64,000 bases of DNA from an uncultured Planctomycetaceae bacterium. Lineage in GTDB: Bacteria > Planctomycetota > Planctomycetia > Planctomycetales > Planctomycetaceae. The stretch lies in NCBI GenBank assembly GCA_963815195.1, contig CAWFGE010000018.1:64001-128000 (forward strand). Reading direction: 5' to 3'. The position numbers and the translations under genes are program-made. Shown piece after piece: positions 21,915 through 32,124 of this stretch (its first letter is position 1; every line of letters starts with the position of its first letter). Below the pieces are notes generated by a model, which did no database searches, was not told where the DNA came from, and saw nothing but the letters and a program-made list of their open reading frames with translations.

Positions 21915-22097
21915 ATCAAAATCAGGCACGCGTCGCCCCGCTACGAATCGTGCGCCCCATCGCTTCAACGATTGAGCCCAGACTTTCGAGCGGGACGATG
22001 CTCTTGGGAACCAACGAATCACTCCAGATGATGACGCCAAAACGTCTCGGACTATAAGGTTTTCGCCCGCTCCCAAGATCGCGTGCCCTTTTTGATT
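21915..22097 (+). ncRNA. IS110 bridge RNA (target- and donor-binding loops); transcript probably starts near 21795
   Basis: Closing stem GGCACGCG/CGCGTGCC. Loop 1 has TGCGCCC and AGCCCAG (target); loop 2 has CAGATG and CTATAAG (donor). Each guide pair is separated by a short hairpin. Confidence 0.88.
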
Positions 22098-22127
22098 GTG
22101 TTTCACTTTAACAGGAGACGATCCCCC

Positions 22128-23411
22128 ATGCACTCGAATTTGCTCGACCCCAATGCCTGTGTGCTGATCGGCCTCGATTGGGCCGACCGCGAACATGCCG
22201 TCTGCCGGCTGCTTCCCGACGGCGGAACCGAACACCGGCAACTCGAACACACGCCCGAAGCGATTGCCGACTGGCTCGCCGGCCTGCGGAAGCAATTCCC
22301 CGGTCGCCCGATTCGGATCGCGTTGGAGCAAAGCCGCGGCGCGCTGATGAACGCGCTCCGCCGTTTCGCCGACCTGGAACTCGAACTGTATCCCATCAAT
22401 CCCAAGCAGCTGGCCCGCTATCGGGACGCGATTCATCCTTCGGGAGCGAAATCCGATCCAGACGATGCGCAGCTCTTGGCCCGCTTTCTGCAAAACCATC
22501 AGGAGCAACTCCTCCCGTTCGTGGCGGACGATCCCGAAACCCGCCGCCTGGCCGAGTTGTCCGAACTTCGCCGCAAGCTGGTCGATGACCGCAAAACCCT
22601 TGTGCAGAAGCTCGAAGGCACGCTCAAGCTGTATTTTCCGCAACTGCTCGAATGGTGTGCCGGCAAGAGTCGCCAACCCCTGTTGCTCGCCGTGCTTCGC
22701 CGCTGGCCGAGCTTGGGCGATCTTAAGCGGGCTCATCCCAAAACGCTGCGCACGTTCCTCGCCGAGCATGGCCTGCGGAACCCCGACCAGCAAACCGAGT
22801 GGATCGACAACGTCCGCCCCGCCACCCCGTTGACCGAGGATGCCAGTTTGATCGAACCCCGCGCGATGTACGCCCAAAGTCTCGGCCGGCAAATCGAGGA
22901 ACTGAACGAGGCCATTGCCAAATTCGAGAAGCAACTGGACGAGGCGACCGCCGCGCATCCCGACCACGAACTGTTCCGCTCGCTGCCCGGTGCCGGCGAC
23001 GTCCTCACGCCGCGACTCATCGTGGCGATGGGCTCCGACCGGGACCGCTACCAAGACGCCGGGGACGTGCAATCCAAAAGCGGCATCGCCCCGATCACCA
23101 AGCAAAGCGGGAAGACCCGGCTCGTGTTGTCGCGAATCGCCTGCCCCAAATTTCTCCGGCAGACATTCCACGAGTTCGCCGACCAGGCCCGCCGCTGGAG
23201 CGATTGGTCCCGAGCGTTCTATCAAATGAAACGCGCGGCCGGCATGAGCCACCACGCCGCGGTCCGCGCCTTGGCCTTCAAATGGATTCGCATCATCTTT
23301 CGGATGTGGCAAACCGGCACCCCTTACTCGGAAATGAAGTACCAGGAACAACTCACAATCAGAAACAGCCCCGTCTGGAATTTATTGGAAACAACAACAG
23401 AAACCACCTGA
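22128..23411 (+). CDS. IS110 family transposase/recombinase
   Basis: RuvC-like DEDD (IGLD, IALE, KSDPDDA), coiled coil, C-terminal LPGAG..SGIAP..QSG; AGGAG RBS. Confidence 0.95.
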   Translation: MHSNLLDPNACVLIGLDWADREHAVCRLLPDGGTEHRQLEHTPEAIADWLAGLRKQFPGRPIRIALEQSRGALMNALRRFADLELELYPINPKQLARYRDAIHPSGAKSDPDDAQLLARFLQNHQEQLLPFVADDPETRRLAELSELRRKLVDDRKTLVQKLEGTLKLYFPQLLEWCAGKSRQPLLLAVLRRWPSLGDLKRAHPKTLRTFLAEHGLRNPDQQTEWIDNVRPATPLTEDASLIEPRAMYAQSLGRQIEELNEAIAKFEKQLDEATAAHPDHELFRSLPGAGDVLTPRLIVAMGSDRDRYQDAGDVQSKSGIAPITKQSGKTRLVLSRIACPKFLRQTFHEFADQARRWSDWSRAFYQMKRAAGMSHHAAVRALAFKWIRIIFRMWQTGTPYSEMKYQEQLTIRNSPVWNLLETTTETT

Positions 23412-23658
23412 AACCCACTTGAAAAAACCTCAGATGTCTGGGCTGACAGAGGGCCGGACCTTCGGTCCTTATTTCTCAAATTTGAAACAGTTGAATTTAC
23501 GAACGGTCGAAAAGCTCCGCAAAGACAAATCGTCGTCAACACCAAATTTTTAACGGCCCAGCGCTAGCCCCGGTTCATCGCGCAGGGCGCGTAGTCCCGG
23601 TTCATCGCTGCGCGAACCGGACGCTAGCACATACCGGCTGAGGGACCTTGGATGCCGA

Positions 23659-24770
<1,112 letters not shown>

Positions 24771-24943
24771 TGCGGTGTTCCTTGCGGTGGGAGTTGAATT
24801 GTTATTTGTGCCGGTGACCATGTCCCTCTCCTTGTGTGAAATGCTCCAAAAGAAACAAACGAATAGTATGTTCCTTTACGACTTAACACAAGTGGACATT
24901 CTGGACAAAATTCAAGTTTTTTTGAGAATTCCAAAAAAACCGC

Positions 24944-25496
24944 TCACCCTTTTTCCAAGACCAGCGTGAGATAAGACCGGCGTTCGGAGTTTTCCAGGTT
25001 CCAATGCCTGGCGAGGGACAAAATCGCTTCCTGGGCTTTTTTGCGGTCATTGTCGCCCGCCAGGGTTTCGATTTCCAGGTACCAGCCCAAGCTCTCCACA
25101 TCATCCAGCGTGACTTCCATGTCCCGGCCTTGCCAAGAGAGATGGTAGGGCGTGCGGGTTTTCTTGACGGAGCGGACTTCTGTAAACCCCAGGGCCTCAA
25201 GGAGTTCCGCCATTTGTTCCGCGGTGGCTTGGCCGTCGGCCAGGGAAAGTTCGATCTCGCGGCGGGTTTTGGTGGCCTGATCCAAGACCGGGCCTTTGTA
25301 AGTCAGGCGGGTTTGCTCGCCGGATTGCCTGATCCGAAACGCCTCGTGCGTCTGGCCGAAATCCCGCGCGGGGTGATTGAAATACCGGTCGCACTGCTGG
25401 AGAACCGGCTGCTCCTCGGCCCCGATTTCTTTGAGGGCCGCGAGCAACCGGTCTTTATCCGCCAAGGGAAATTTGAGACTCGATTTCGTAACTCAT
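24944..25496 (-). CDS. CYTH/class IV adenylate cyclase-like protein, frameshift near 25478
   Basis: MSYEIE.KF start, D.YF.HP.RDF, LTYKGP, R.EIE, V.K.R, LG.YLEIE; start overlaps the upstream stop. Confidence 0.85.
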
Positions 25497-25846
25497 AAGG
25501 GTTCCGTTTCCGAGGGAGCGGGGGGAGATTCATCCACGGTCACGGCGGGATCGTTCGCCAACCGCCGCAAATGGTCCCAGGTATAAAGACCGGTCTGGTG
25601 GCCGTCGTTCCAGAAAATCTTGAGGGCATAATTCCCGGAGAACTCCAGGTGCATCGGGCGGACTTGCTCGGGGATCTGATCGGTGTCCAACCTGCGGATG
25701 CCGGTGTCTTCATCGACGCACTCCGCGCACGGGCACCGTCCCCGTAGAAATTTGTACGGATAATGATGAGCCGGCCCGTCGGACCAGCGGATTTCCAAGA
25801 AACCCTCATCCTGGTGAGCACGCACTGCGGTGGGGATCGTTGTCAT
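25493..25846 (-). CDS. DUF971 / GBBH-N-like small protein
   Basis: LEIRWSDG, LRGRCPCAEC, GNYALKIFWNDGH.TGLYTW. Confidence 0.88.
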   Translation of the reverse strand: MTTIPTAVRAHQDEGFLEIRWSDGPAHHYPYKFLRGRCPCAECVDEDTGIRRLDTDQIPEQVRPMHLEFSGNYALKIFWNDGHQTGLYTWDHLRRLANDPAVTVDESPPAPSETEPL

Positions 25847-25850
25847 GGAA

Positions 25851-27440
25851 TCAATCGCGCCAGGGGTGTTTGACTTTGTCCCAATAGGTGTCGAATTCGA
25901 ACTTCGGGCTGTTCTCGTAGTCGTGGCATTTGACGCAGAGGTGGTCCTTGGCGGCGGCTTTGGTGAGTTGGATCTGTTTGCGGGCGGCGATGAGTTTGTC
26001 GTTGTCGACGCTCTCGCGGTCCTTGGCCCAGAGCCGTTCGAGATCGACATGCCCGCTGCCGGGGCCGTGGCAGTTCTCGCATTGCTGGCCTTGCAGCTTG
26101 TGGAACAGTTGCGGCCGGCTCCGCGCGTCGGCCAATTCTTGCGGAAGAAAACCCGAGTCGTAGCGGGTGACTTCCTGGGGGTTCCAGCCGGCGACGTGGC
26201 AGCACAGGCATTCGGGGTCGTGAATCCGCGAAATCGGCCGGCTGTATTGCCCCTTCCGGCCGGTCTTCAACGTTTCATACGCGTGGGCGTGCTTGGTGGA
26301 TTTCCATTTTTCGTAGGCTTTTTTGTGGCATTCCCCGCAGGTGGCGGCTCCGACGTAGGTGCTGTCCGCTCCGCTCACGCCGTCCAGTTGTGCGAAGATC
26401 TCCGCCGCGTTTTGTTTGAGATCTTTTTGATACTCGATCAGAATCGGCTCGATGGATTTCGCGTTCTCGAAGTTCTTATTGTCCAATTCGACGAGTTCGT
26501 ACTGAAACCTTTTCGCCGGCTCCTTCTGGCCGGGAAAGTAAGCCAGGACGCCGACGTATTTGCCTTTCCAGCCGACCTGGATGACCTGCGACTTCCCGAC
26601 GGTTTTGGAATCGTCTTTGCCTTCATCGCCGCCCGCTTCGCAGAGGGCGATTTCGAATTGAGGAAACTGTTTCAAGAGGTCTGCGGTCTCCTCGAAGGTG
26701 GCGTGGGAGAGGAGCACGTTGAAGTCGGTCTTTTCCTCGGCGAGTTCCTGGACGATGCCGGGCAGCACGAGGGCGGGGTTTTTGATGTCCACATCGGCGG
26801 CGGCATTGTCGCCCAGAAGCTTTGCTCTGACCGATTGCCCGACGACCGCCACCACGCCGATCTTCACCGCCCCGACTTCGATGACCTGCCGGCGGACGGG
26901 CATGTCGGGGATTTCGAAGATGGAGACATTCGCCCCCGCCAAGACGGGCCGCACGTCTTCGCCTTGGGGGTTGAGGTAGGTTTGATAGCGGCTGAGCAGC
27001 GTGCCGCCCCTCAGCCGGAGTTCCTCATACCCCAAAGCCATCGTGCGGTAGTCCATTTCGTGGAGGGCTTTCAAGATGGCATCGAACTTGAGCTGGCTTT
27101 GCAGGTTGTCGCGTTTGAGGTCGCCGCCCAGATCGAGCCCCGCGACGGGCCAACCGAGCTTTTTCATCATTTGCATCAAATCGGCCCGGCGGGCCAGGCC
27201 GCCCGATTGGGTTTCCGAGCAGCCGCAGGGTTCGATGTAGCCGTGCTGCTCGCCGGAGAACACCAGCGCGGCGGCGGGTCTTTTCCATTCTTTGAATTTG
27301 AGGGCCGGCGGCTTGGGCGGAGCGGGCGGATCGACGGCGACTTCGTCTTTCCCGCAGCCGGAAACAAACAGCCAGATTCCCGCAGCGCCCGCGACGAGCA
27401 AACCGACCAACGCGAAGACTTTCGACTTTTTTTCCGACAT
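25851..27440 (-). CDS. Membrane-anchored multiheme c-type cytochrome (c554-like) with N-terminal metallophosphoesterase-like domain
   Basis: HGYIEPCGC..GGLARRA; four CxxCH motifs (CGECH, CLCCH, CENCH, CVKCH). Confidence 0.85.
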   Translation of the reverse strand: MSEKKSKVFALVGLLVAGAAGIWLFVSGCGKDEVAVDPPAPPKPPALKFKEWKRPAAALVFSGEQHGYIEPCGCSETQSGGLARRADLMQMMKKLGWPVAGLDLGGDLKRDNLQSQLKFDAILKALHEMDYRTMALGYEELRLRGGTLLSRYQTYLNPQGEDVRPVLAGANVSIFEIPDMPVRRQVIEVGAVKIGVVAVVGQSVRAKLLGDNAAADVDIKNPALVLPGIVQELAEEKTDFNVLLSHATFEETADLLKQFPQFEIALCEAGGDEGKDDSKTVGKSQVIQVGWKGKYVGVLAYFPGQKEPAKRFQYELVELDNKNFENAKSIEPILIEYQKDLKQNAAEIFAQLDGVSGADSTYVGAATCGECHKKAYEKWKSTKHAHAYETLKTGRKGQYSRPISRIHDPECLCCHVAGWNPQEVTRYDSGFLPQELADARSRPQLFHKLQGQQCENCHGPGSGHVDLERLWAKDRESVDNDKLIAARKQIQLTKAAAKDHLCVKCHDYENSPKFEFDTYWDKVKHPWRD

Positions 27441-27630
27441 GCTGACGATCCTTCTTGCTGCCTGACGGGGCCGCCGAGGAAAGGCGGCGTCGCCTCTCCG
27501 TGGCTCAGGCGGTTTGTGCTTGGGGAACAAGGAAGCGGGCGTGTTTCGAAAATTCAGCGCATTGTAGCGGCATCGGCCCCGCTGCGGGAGAGCGATCCCC
27601 GCCGGAACCCCGGTTTTCGCGATTGCCCGT

Positions 27631-28821
27631 TCAGTTCTCGAATGTGGAGACGTACTCGACGTAGAATTTGATTTCCGGCGCGTTCGGGTGATTGGTTTTC
27701 AGGATCACCCGGGCGGCGTTTTTTTGAAGGTGGGATGCCGGCGGACTGCCGGGCTTCACCTGGAAGGTGACCAAAAACGCTTTGTGCGAACTGTTCGAGC
27801 GCGACTCTTGCGGGGCGACCGAAACGCTGAGCGAATCCACGCTGGGTTCGATCTTCTCCACGTGGAATTCCTGACCCTTGGGCATATCGCCGACGACCAT
27901 CGTGTACCAGCCCTCGGCTCCTTTGGCCGCGGGGAACTTGCCCAGGTCGATCGCCATCAAATCGGTCGTCCAGTGGATGCCGGGGTTTGCGGCCCCCTTG
28001 GGAATGAACGGGAAGAGCTGGATCGAGCCCAAAAACGTTCCCGTGATGTCGAGAGGGATCTCTTTGGAGCTTTCGAGATTCGTGTGCACCACGATCTTTT
28101 CCGCGATTTTCCCGACTTTCATGTCCTTCGAATGCAGCGACACGGACACGTGATAGCCGCACTTCGCCCGCCATTCCGCCAACTCGGCGTCCGTCATCGG
28201 CCGGAATGTGGGCTCGACGGCGGGGCTCGACGCATCGATCGATTGGATTTCAAACTTGTCCAGAATCTGGGAATAAATCTCGCCCGTGAGGGTTTCGTTT
28301 TCGCCCCGGCCGATGCTGGGCCGGTTCCAGCCGCTTTCGGGGTGGATCGTCAACAACTCGTGGACGGGACCGGTGACCGTCAAGCGGATGAGCTTGTTGT
28401 CGGGATCGTTCGTGTGGATGGACGCCTCCTGCGTAAAGTCGGGGCCGGAGGATTTCGGGGTCCAGGTGAGTTCCACCTCGGCCTGGGCTCCCTGGGGAAT
28501 CGAGTCCTTCGCGAGATCGCTCAAGGTGCATTTGCAGGTGGTCTCGCCCTTTTTCAGCCGCAGCGGAGCCTCCCCTTCGTTCTTGATGATAAACGTATGC
28601 GACTGCGACGCCCCGACCGACATCGGCTCGAAATGATAGGTTGTTTCGGGGACCACCGCTTTGGGGTAAGGTCCCGTCGCAGAGATTTCCAGGCCTTCCG
28701 AATCCGTTGTCGACTTGGGCGGCGTCACCTGGACCTGGTCCACGCCCCCGGCAATCCAGACAATTCCCCCCACACACGCCCCCGCCACCACGAGAGCCAA
28801 TAACAGCGTGCCCATTTTCAT
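27631..28821 (-). CDS. DUF1573 domain (Ig-like) membrane-anchored protein
   Basis: HTFIIKNEGEAPL, TTCKCT, HTNDP; N-terminal TM helix. Confidence 0.8.
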   Translation of the reverse strand: MKMGTLLLALVVAGACVGGIVWIAGGVDQVQVTPPKSTTDSEGLEISATGPYPKAVVPETTYHFEPMSVGASQSHTFIIKNEGEAPLRLKKGETTCKCTLSDLAKDSIPQGAQAEVELTWTPKSSGPDFTQEASIHTNDPDNKLIRLTVTGPVHELLTIHPESGWNRPSIGRGENETLTGEIYSQILDKFEIQSIDASSPAVEPTFRPMTDAELAEWRAKCGYHVSVSLHSKDMKVGKIAEKIVVHTNLESSKEIPLDITGTFLGSIQLFPFIPKGAANPGIHWTTDLMAIDLGKFPAAKGAEGWYTMVVGDMPKGQEFHVEKIEPSVDSLSVSVAPQESRSNSSHKAFLVTFQVKPGSPPASHLQKNAARVILKTNHPNAPEIKFYVEYVSTFEN

Positions 28822-29021
28822 GGCAACCCCCACTTTGAAATGAAATCCGCAAGATAGGATGATTCCTTCATTGTAAACAGCAGTCCGCTCCAATCAATCG
28901 CCAGGCCGCGGGGAACTCGCGGAATCGAAAATCCACGCTGCGAATTTCCCACGGGTGGCAATCCGCGGAACCGGCGATAGAATCGAGTTGGTTGATGATT
29001 TCCAAGCAGCGGAGGTTGGCC

Positions 29022-29786
29022 ATGCAAATCGAGGGACGGGCGTTTCTGATCGCGGGCGGGAGTTCCGGTTTGGGAGCCGCCTGCGTTCGGCGGTTGGCGG
29101 AGTCCGGCGGAAAGGTCGTCATCGCCGACGTCAATCCCGCGGGAGAGGCCCTGGCGGAGGAACTGGGCGAGAACGTTCATTTCGAGCAAACCGATGTCAC
29201 AGTGGAATCCGACGTCCGCCGGGCAATCGAAGCCGGCTGCGAGCGGTTCGGCTCGCTGCACGGGGCGGTGATCTGTGCCGGGATCATCCACGCTGAGCGC
29301 ACCGTGGGCCGAAATGGATCCCACGACCTGGACGCCTTCCGCCGAGTCATCGAGGTCAACCTCATCGGCACGTTCAATGTCTGCCGGCTCGCGGCGGAAC
29401 GGCTGTCGAGAGAAGAACCCCAAGAGCACGGCGAGCGGGGCGTGATCGTTATGACCTCCTCGGTGGCCGCGTTCGACGGGCAAATCGGGCAGGCGGCCTA
29501 CGCGGCGTCCAAAGGCGGCGTGGCCAGTCTCGCGCTCCCCTTGGCGCGGGATCTCAGCAAAGTCGGCATCCGCGTCGTCGCGATTGCGCCGGGCGTGTTT
29601 GAAACGCCGATGATGTCCGCCGTCAGCGAGGAGTACCGAAAATCCCTCGCCGAGAACGTGCCCTTTCCCGCCCGTTTGGGTTACCCCAGCGAGTTCGCCG
29701 CGCTCGCGGCCCACATCATCGAAAACCACTATCTCAACGGCGAAACCATCCGCCTCGACGCCGCCCTCCGCATGCCCCCCCGCTGA
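29022..29786 (+). CDS. SDR family 3-hydroxyacyl-CoA dehydrogenase type II-like
   Basis: [43 protein letters not shown]. Confidence 0.9.
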   Translation: MQIEGRAFLIAGGSSGLGAACVRRLAESGGKVVIADVNPAGEALAEELGENVHFEQTDVTVESDVRRAIEAGCERFGSLHGAVICAGIIHAERTVGRNGSHDLDAFRRVIEVNLIGTFNVCRLAAERLSREEPQEHGERGVIVMTSSVAAFDGQIGQAAYAASKGGVASLALPLARDLSKVGIRVVAIAPGVFETPMMSAVSEEYRKSLAENVPFPARLGYPSEFAALAAHIIENHYLNGETIRLDAALRMPPR

Positions 29787-29825
29787 CCGAACTTGGCGAC
29801 CCCCGCTGGTGTCACTACACTTAAA

Positions 29826-29961
29826 CAGAGGCCAGGGATCGGAGGCCGGAGGTCAGTTTTTTTTCATCAGCAATTCAGTGGAATTTCAGAGGTTGATTGC
29901 GAACAGAAACCAGGTTTCCTTCAAAACTCCCTGACCTCTGGCCCCCGACCTCTGATCTCTG
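29826..29961. repeat. Inverted arrays of 7-nt periodic repeats (CAGAGGT-like)
   Basis: CAGAGGCCAGGGATCGGAGGCCGGAGGTCAG faces CTGACCTCTGGCCCCCGACCTCTGATCTCTG. Confidence 0.6.
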
Positions 29962-29988
29962 AAATTGGTCATTGGGATTTTCAACAAA

Positions 29989-31092
29989 ATGCGTGTCGTA
30001 CTGGCGATGAGCGGCGGCGTGGACAGTTCCGCGTCGGCGTATCTTCTCAAACAGCAGGGTTACGAGGTCATCGGACTGTTTATGCGGTCGGGTGCCCACG
30101 AAGAGACCGCGTGCGCGACGCCGGACAACCCTCTCGCCATTATCAATTCAAAGAGCCACAAGCAGGGTTGTTGCAGCGCCTCCGATGCCGCCGATGCCCG
30201 CCGCGTCGCCGATGCCTTGGACATTCCGTTTCATGCATTGAACTTTCAGGATGCCTTCGGGCGGATCAAAGATTACTTCGCCGATGAATACCTCGCCGGC
30301 CGCACGCCCAACCCCTGCGTGATGTGCAACAACTGGCTCAAATTCGGCAAGCTGTGGGACTTCGCCCGCCAGGTCGGAGCCGAGCGAATCGCCACCGGGC
30401 ATTATGCGAGATTGATTCCAATGGAAGGCGAAGATCAGCCGGCGTTAATGCGGGGCGAGGATTTGACGAAGGACCAGTCCTACGTGCTGTTTGGAATCCG
30501 CCGGGAACTTTTGAGCAAAATCATCTTCCCCGTCGGCGAAACACGCAAACGCGATCTCCGCGAAATGGCCCGGCAAGTGGGAATCCAAACCGCCGAGAAA
30601 AAAGACAGCCAGGAAATCTGCTTCATTCCCGACCAGGATTACGTCGGCTTCATCAACCGCTACCGCGGCCCCCAGGAAACCGCCGGGGAAATGGTCGACA
30701 CCAGAGGCGAAGTCGTCGGCCATCACGCAGGCTACGAAAACTTTACGATTGGCCAGCGTAAAGGATTGGGAGTGGCCTTTGGTTCCCCCCGGTACGTCGT
30801 CGCCATCGAACCCGAAACCCGCCGCGTGGTCATCGGCGAAAAAGAAGACCTGGCCCAAAGCCACTTGGAAGCCGACCGTCTGAATTGGTTGGTCCCCGAA
30901 GTCCCCCACCGCTTCCGGGCCCTCGCCAAAATCCGCTACCGCCACGACCCCGCGCCCGCCGAAGTTGAACTCTTGAATGACGATAAAATCCGCGTGGAAT
31001 TCGACGCCCCCCAATTCGGCATCGCCCCCGGCCAGGCTGTCGTCTTGTATGATGAAAATCGCGTCCTGGGAGGCGGCTGGATTCTGAATTGA
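29989..31092 (+). CDS. mnmA: tRNA 2-thiouridine(34) synthase
   Basis: AMSGGVDSS, GRTPNPCVMCN, ATGHYAR, KDQSY.L, DSQEICF, TIGQRKGLG, PGQAVVLY. Confidence 0.97.
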   Translation: MRVVLAMSGGVDSSASAYLLKQQGYEVIGLFMRSGAHEETACATPDNPLAIINSKSHKQGCCSASDAADARRVADALDIPFHALNFQDAFGRIKDYFADEYLAGRTPNPCVMCNNWLKFGKLWDFARQVGAERIATGHYARLIPMEGEDQPALMRGEDLTKDQSYVLFGIRRELLSKIIFPVGETRKRDLREMARQVGIQTAEKKDSQEICFIPDQDYVGFINRYRGPQETAGEMVDTRGEVVGHHAGYENFTIGQRKGLGVAFGSPRYVVAIEPETRRVVIGEKEDLAQSHLEADRLNWLVPEVPHRFRALAKIRYRHDPAPAEVELLNDDKIRVEFDAPQFGIAPGQAVVLYDENRVLGGGWILN

Positions 31093-31290
31093 ATGGAACC
31101 ACGAAACACACGAAAAACACGAAAGGCGTTGGGTCCGCTGTGCGGGCCATTTTGCGTTTCGGTCCGCACGGCGGACCCTTCATTATTGCTGCTGGTCGGC
31201 CGAATTTTCGTAGGGTCCGCGTGAGTCAATAAGTCAAAACGGCTGAACCGGTCGTAGCGTGTCGTTTCGCCAACAAATTGAGCCGGACAG

Positions 31291-31740
31291 ATGCCTTTAC
31301 CACAGTTGACGAGTTCCGGGGAATTGCCGTTGGGCGTGCATTCGGCCTCGTTGAAGGAGATCCTCGATCGATTTGGCGGGGGACTCCCTCAAAGGGTTGC
31401 GGTCGGCAAACGATTGGAGCGAATCTACAATTTGGTCAAAGCCACCGGAGAGCTCGCTCGATTCGTCGTTTTTGGCTCATTTGTCACCGACAAAACGGAA
31501 CCAAACGACGTCGATGTATTGATCGTCATGGAGGATGCGTTCGATGCCGGAACTCTCCAAGGCGAAACGGCGTTGGTTTTCGATCACGCCGCTGCAGATG
31601 CGCATTTCGGTGCCAGTGTGTTTTGGGTGCGCCGGTTAGCAGCTTTTGGAGGTGAACAAGCTATGATAGAATACTGGCAAGTGAAACGTGGCGGCGGGAA
31701 GCGCGGCATTGTCGAAATCGTTGAGGAACCCGATGATTAA
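31291..31740 (+). CDS. Minimal nucleotidyltransferase-fold protein (DUF6932-like)
   Basis: GELPLGVH, FGSFVTDK.EPNDVD, GIVEI. Confidence 0.75.
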   Translation: MPLPQLTSSGELPLGVHSASLKEILDRFGGGLPQRVAVGKRLERIYNLVKATGELARFVVFGSFVTDKTEPNDVDVLIVMEDAFDAGTLQGETALVFDHAAADAHFGASVFWVRRLAAFGGEQAMIEYWQVKRGGGKRGIVEIVEEPDD

Positions 31741-31938
31741 AACCGACCAGGAATTTCAAGCGACGCTCGAACGGATTCAGCAACTTCAATCGCAGTTGCG
31801 CATCTGCGAAAGACGGAAACCAACCCCGCGAATTATCGGTTGTCCGCCTCCGGGTTTCTTTCAGAAATCGACCGCATGCAATTGGAGGTTCGGGAGTATC
31901 TCAGTTCCCTTCCCGCGAAAACGGCCTCGTCCGCCTGA
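31733..31938 (+). CDS. Small helical protein coupled to the NTase gene, frameshift near 31800
   Basis: ATG overlaps the NTase stop; MIKTDQEFQATLERI... continues in another frame as HLRKTETNPANYRLSASGFLSEIDRMQLEVREYL. Confidence 0.6.
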
Positions 31939-32124
31939 GACTTCCCCACCGGTCCCGAATGCGGCGGAAGCGACAGAGTGGCGGGGGTCGATCTGCCGCT
32001 GGTCGTGTCGAGTCCGGTTTCGACGTCTTCGGCAGATTGCCCCCAGCGATCGAGGATGCCTTCGCTGGTGAGCGAAGTAGGGCCTAATCCACCCACCCTA
32101 AATTTGATTTGATTAATCATCCTC

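Larger units (their letters stand above)
21781..23439 (+). mobile_element. Complete IS110-family insertion sequence (1659 bp), CT core, no TIR or TSD
   Basis: CT at 21779-21780 and 23438-23439; removing the element restores the REP arm; long non-coding left end plus DEDD transposase. Confidence 0.92.
21583..23469. repeat. Palindromic REP-like element interrupted by IS110
   Basis: Arm 21583-21617 matches (32/35) the reverse complement of the rejoined arm 21776-21780 + 23440-23469. Confidence 0.85.
21496..23562. mobile_element. Non-autonomous TIR element (MITE, ~408 bp without the nested IS110)
   Basis: 27-bp TIRs 21496-21522 and 23536-23562 (23/27 match), flanked by GCTAG direct repeats at 21491-21495 and 23563-23567. 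Confidence 0.75.

Noticed and set aside
24850..24875. Possible LexA box upstream of recA (GAATAGTATGTTC)
   Set aside because: Spacing and sequence do not fit a LexA consensus I can verify, and there is only one copy.
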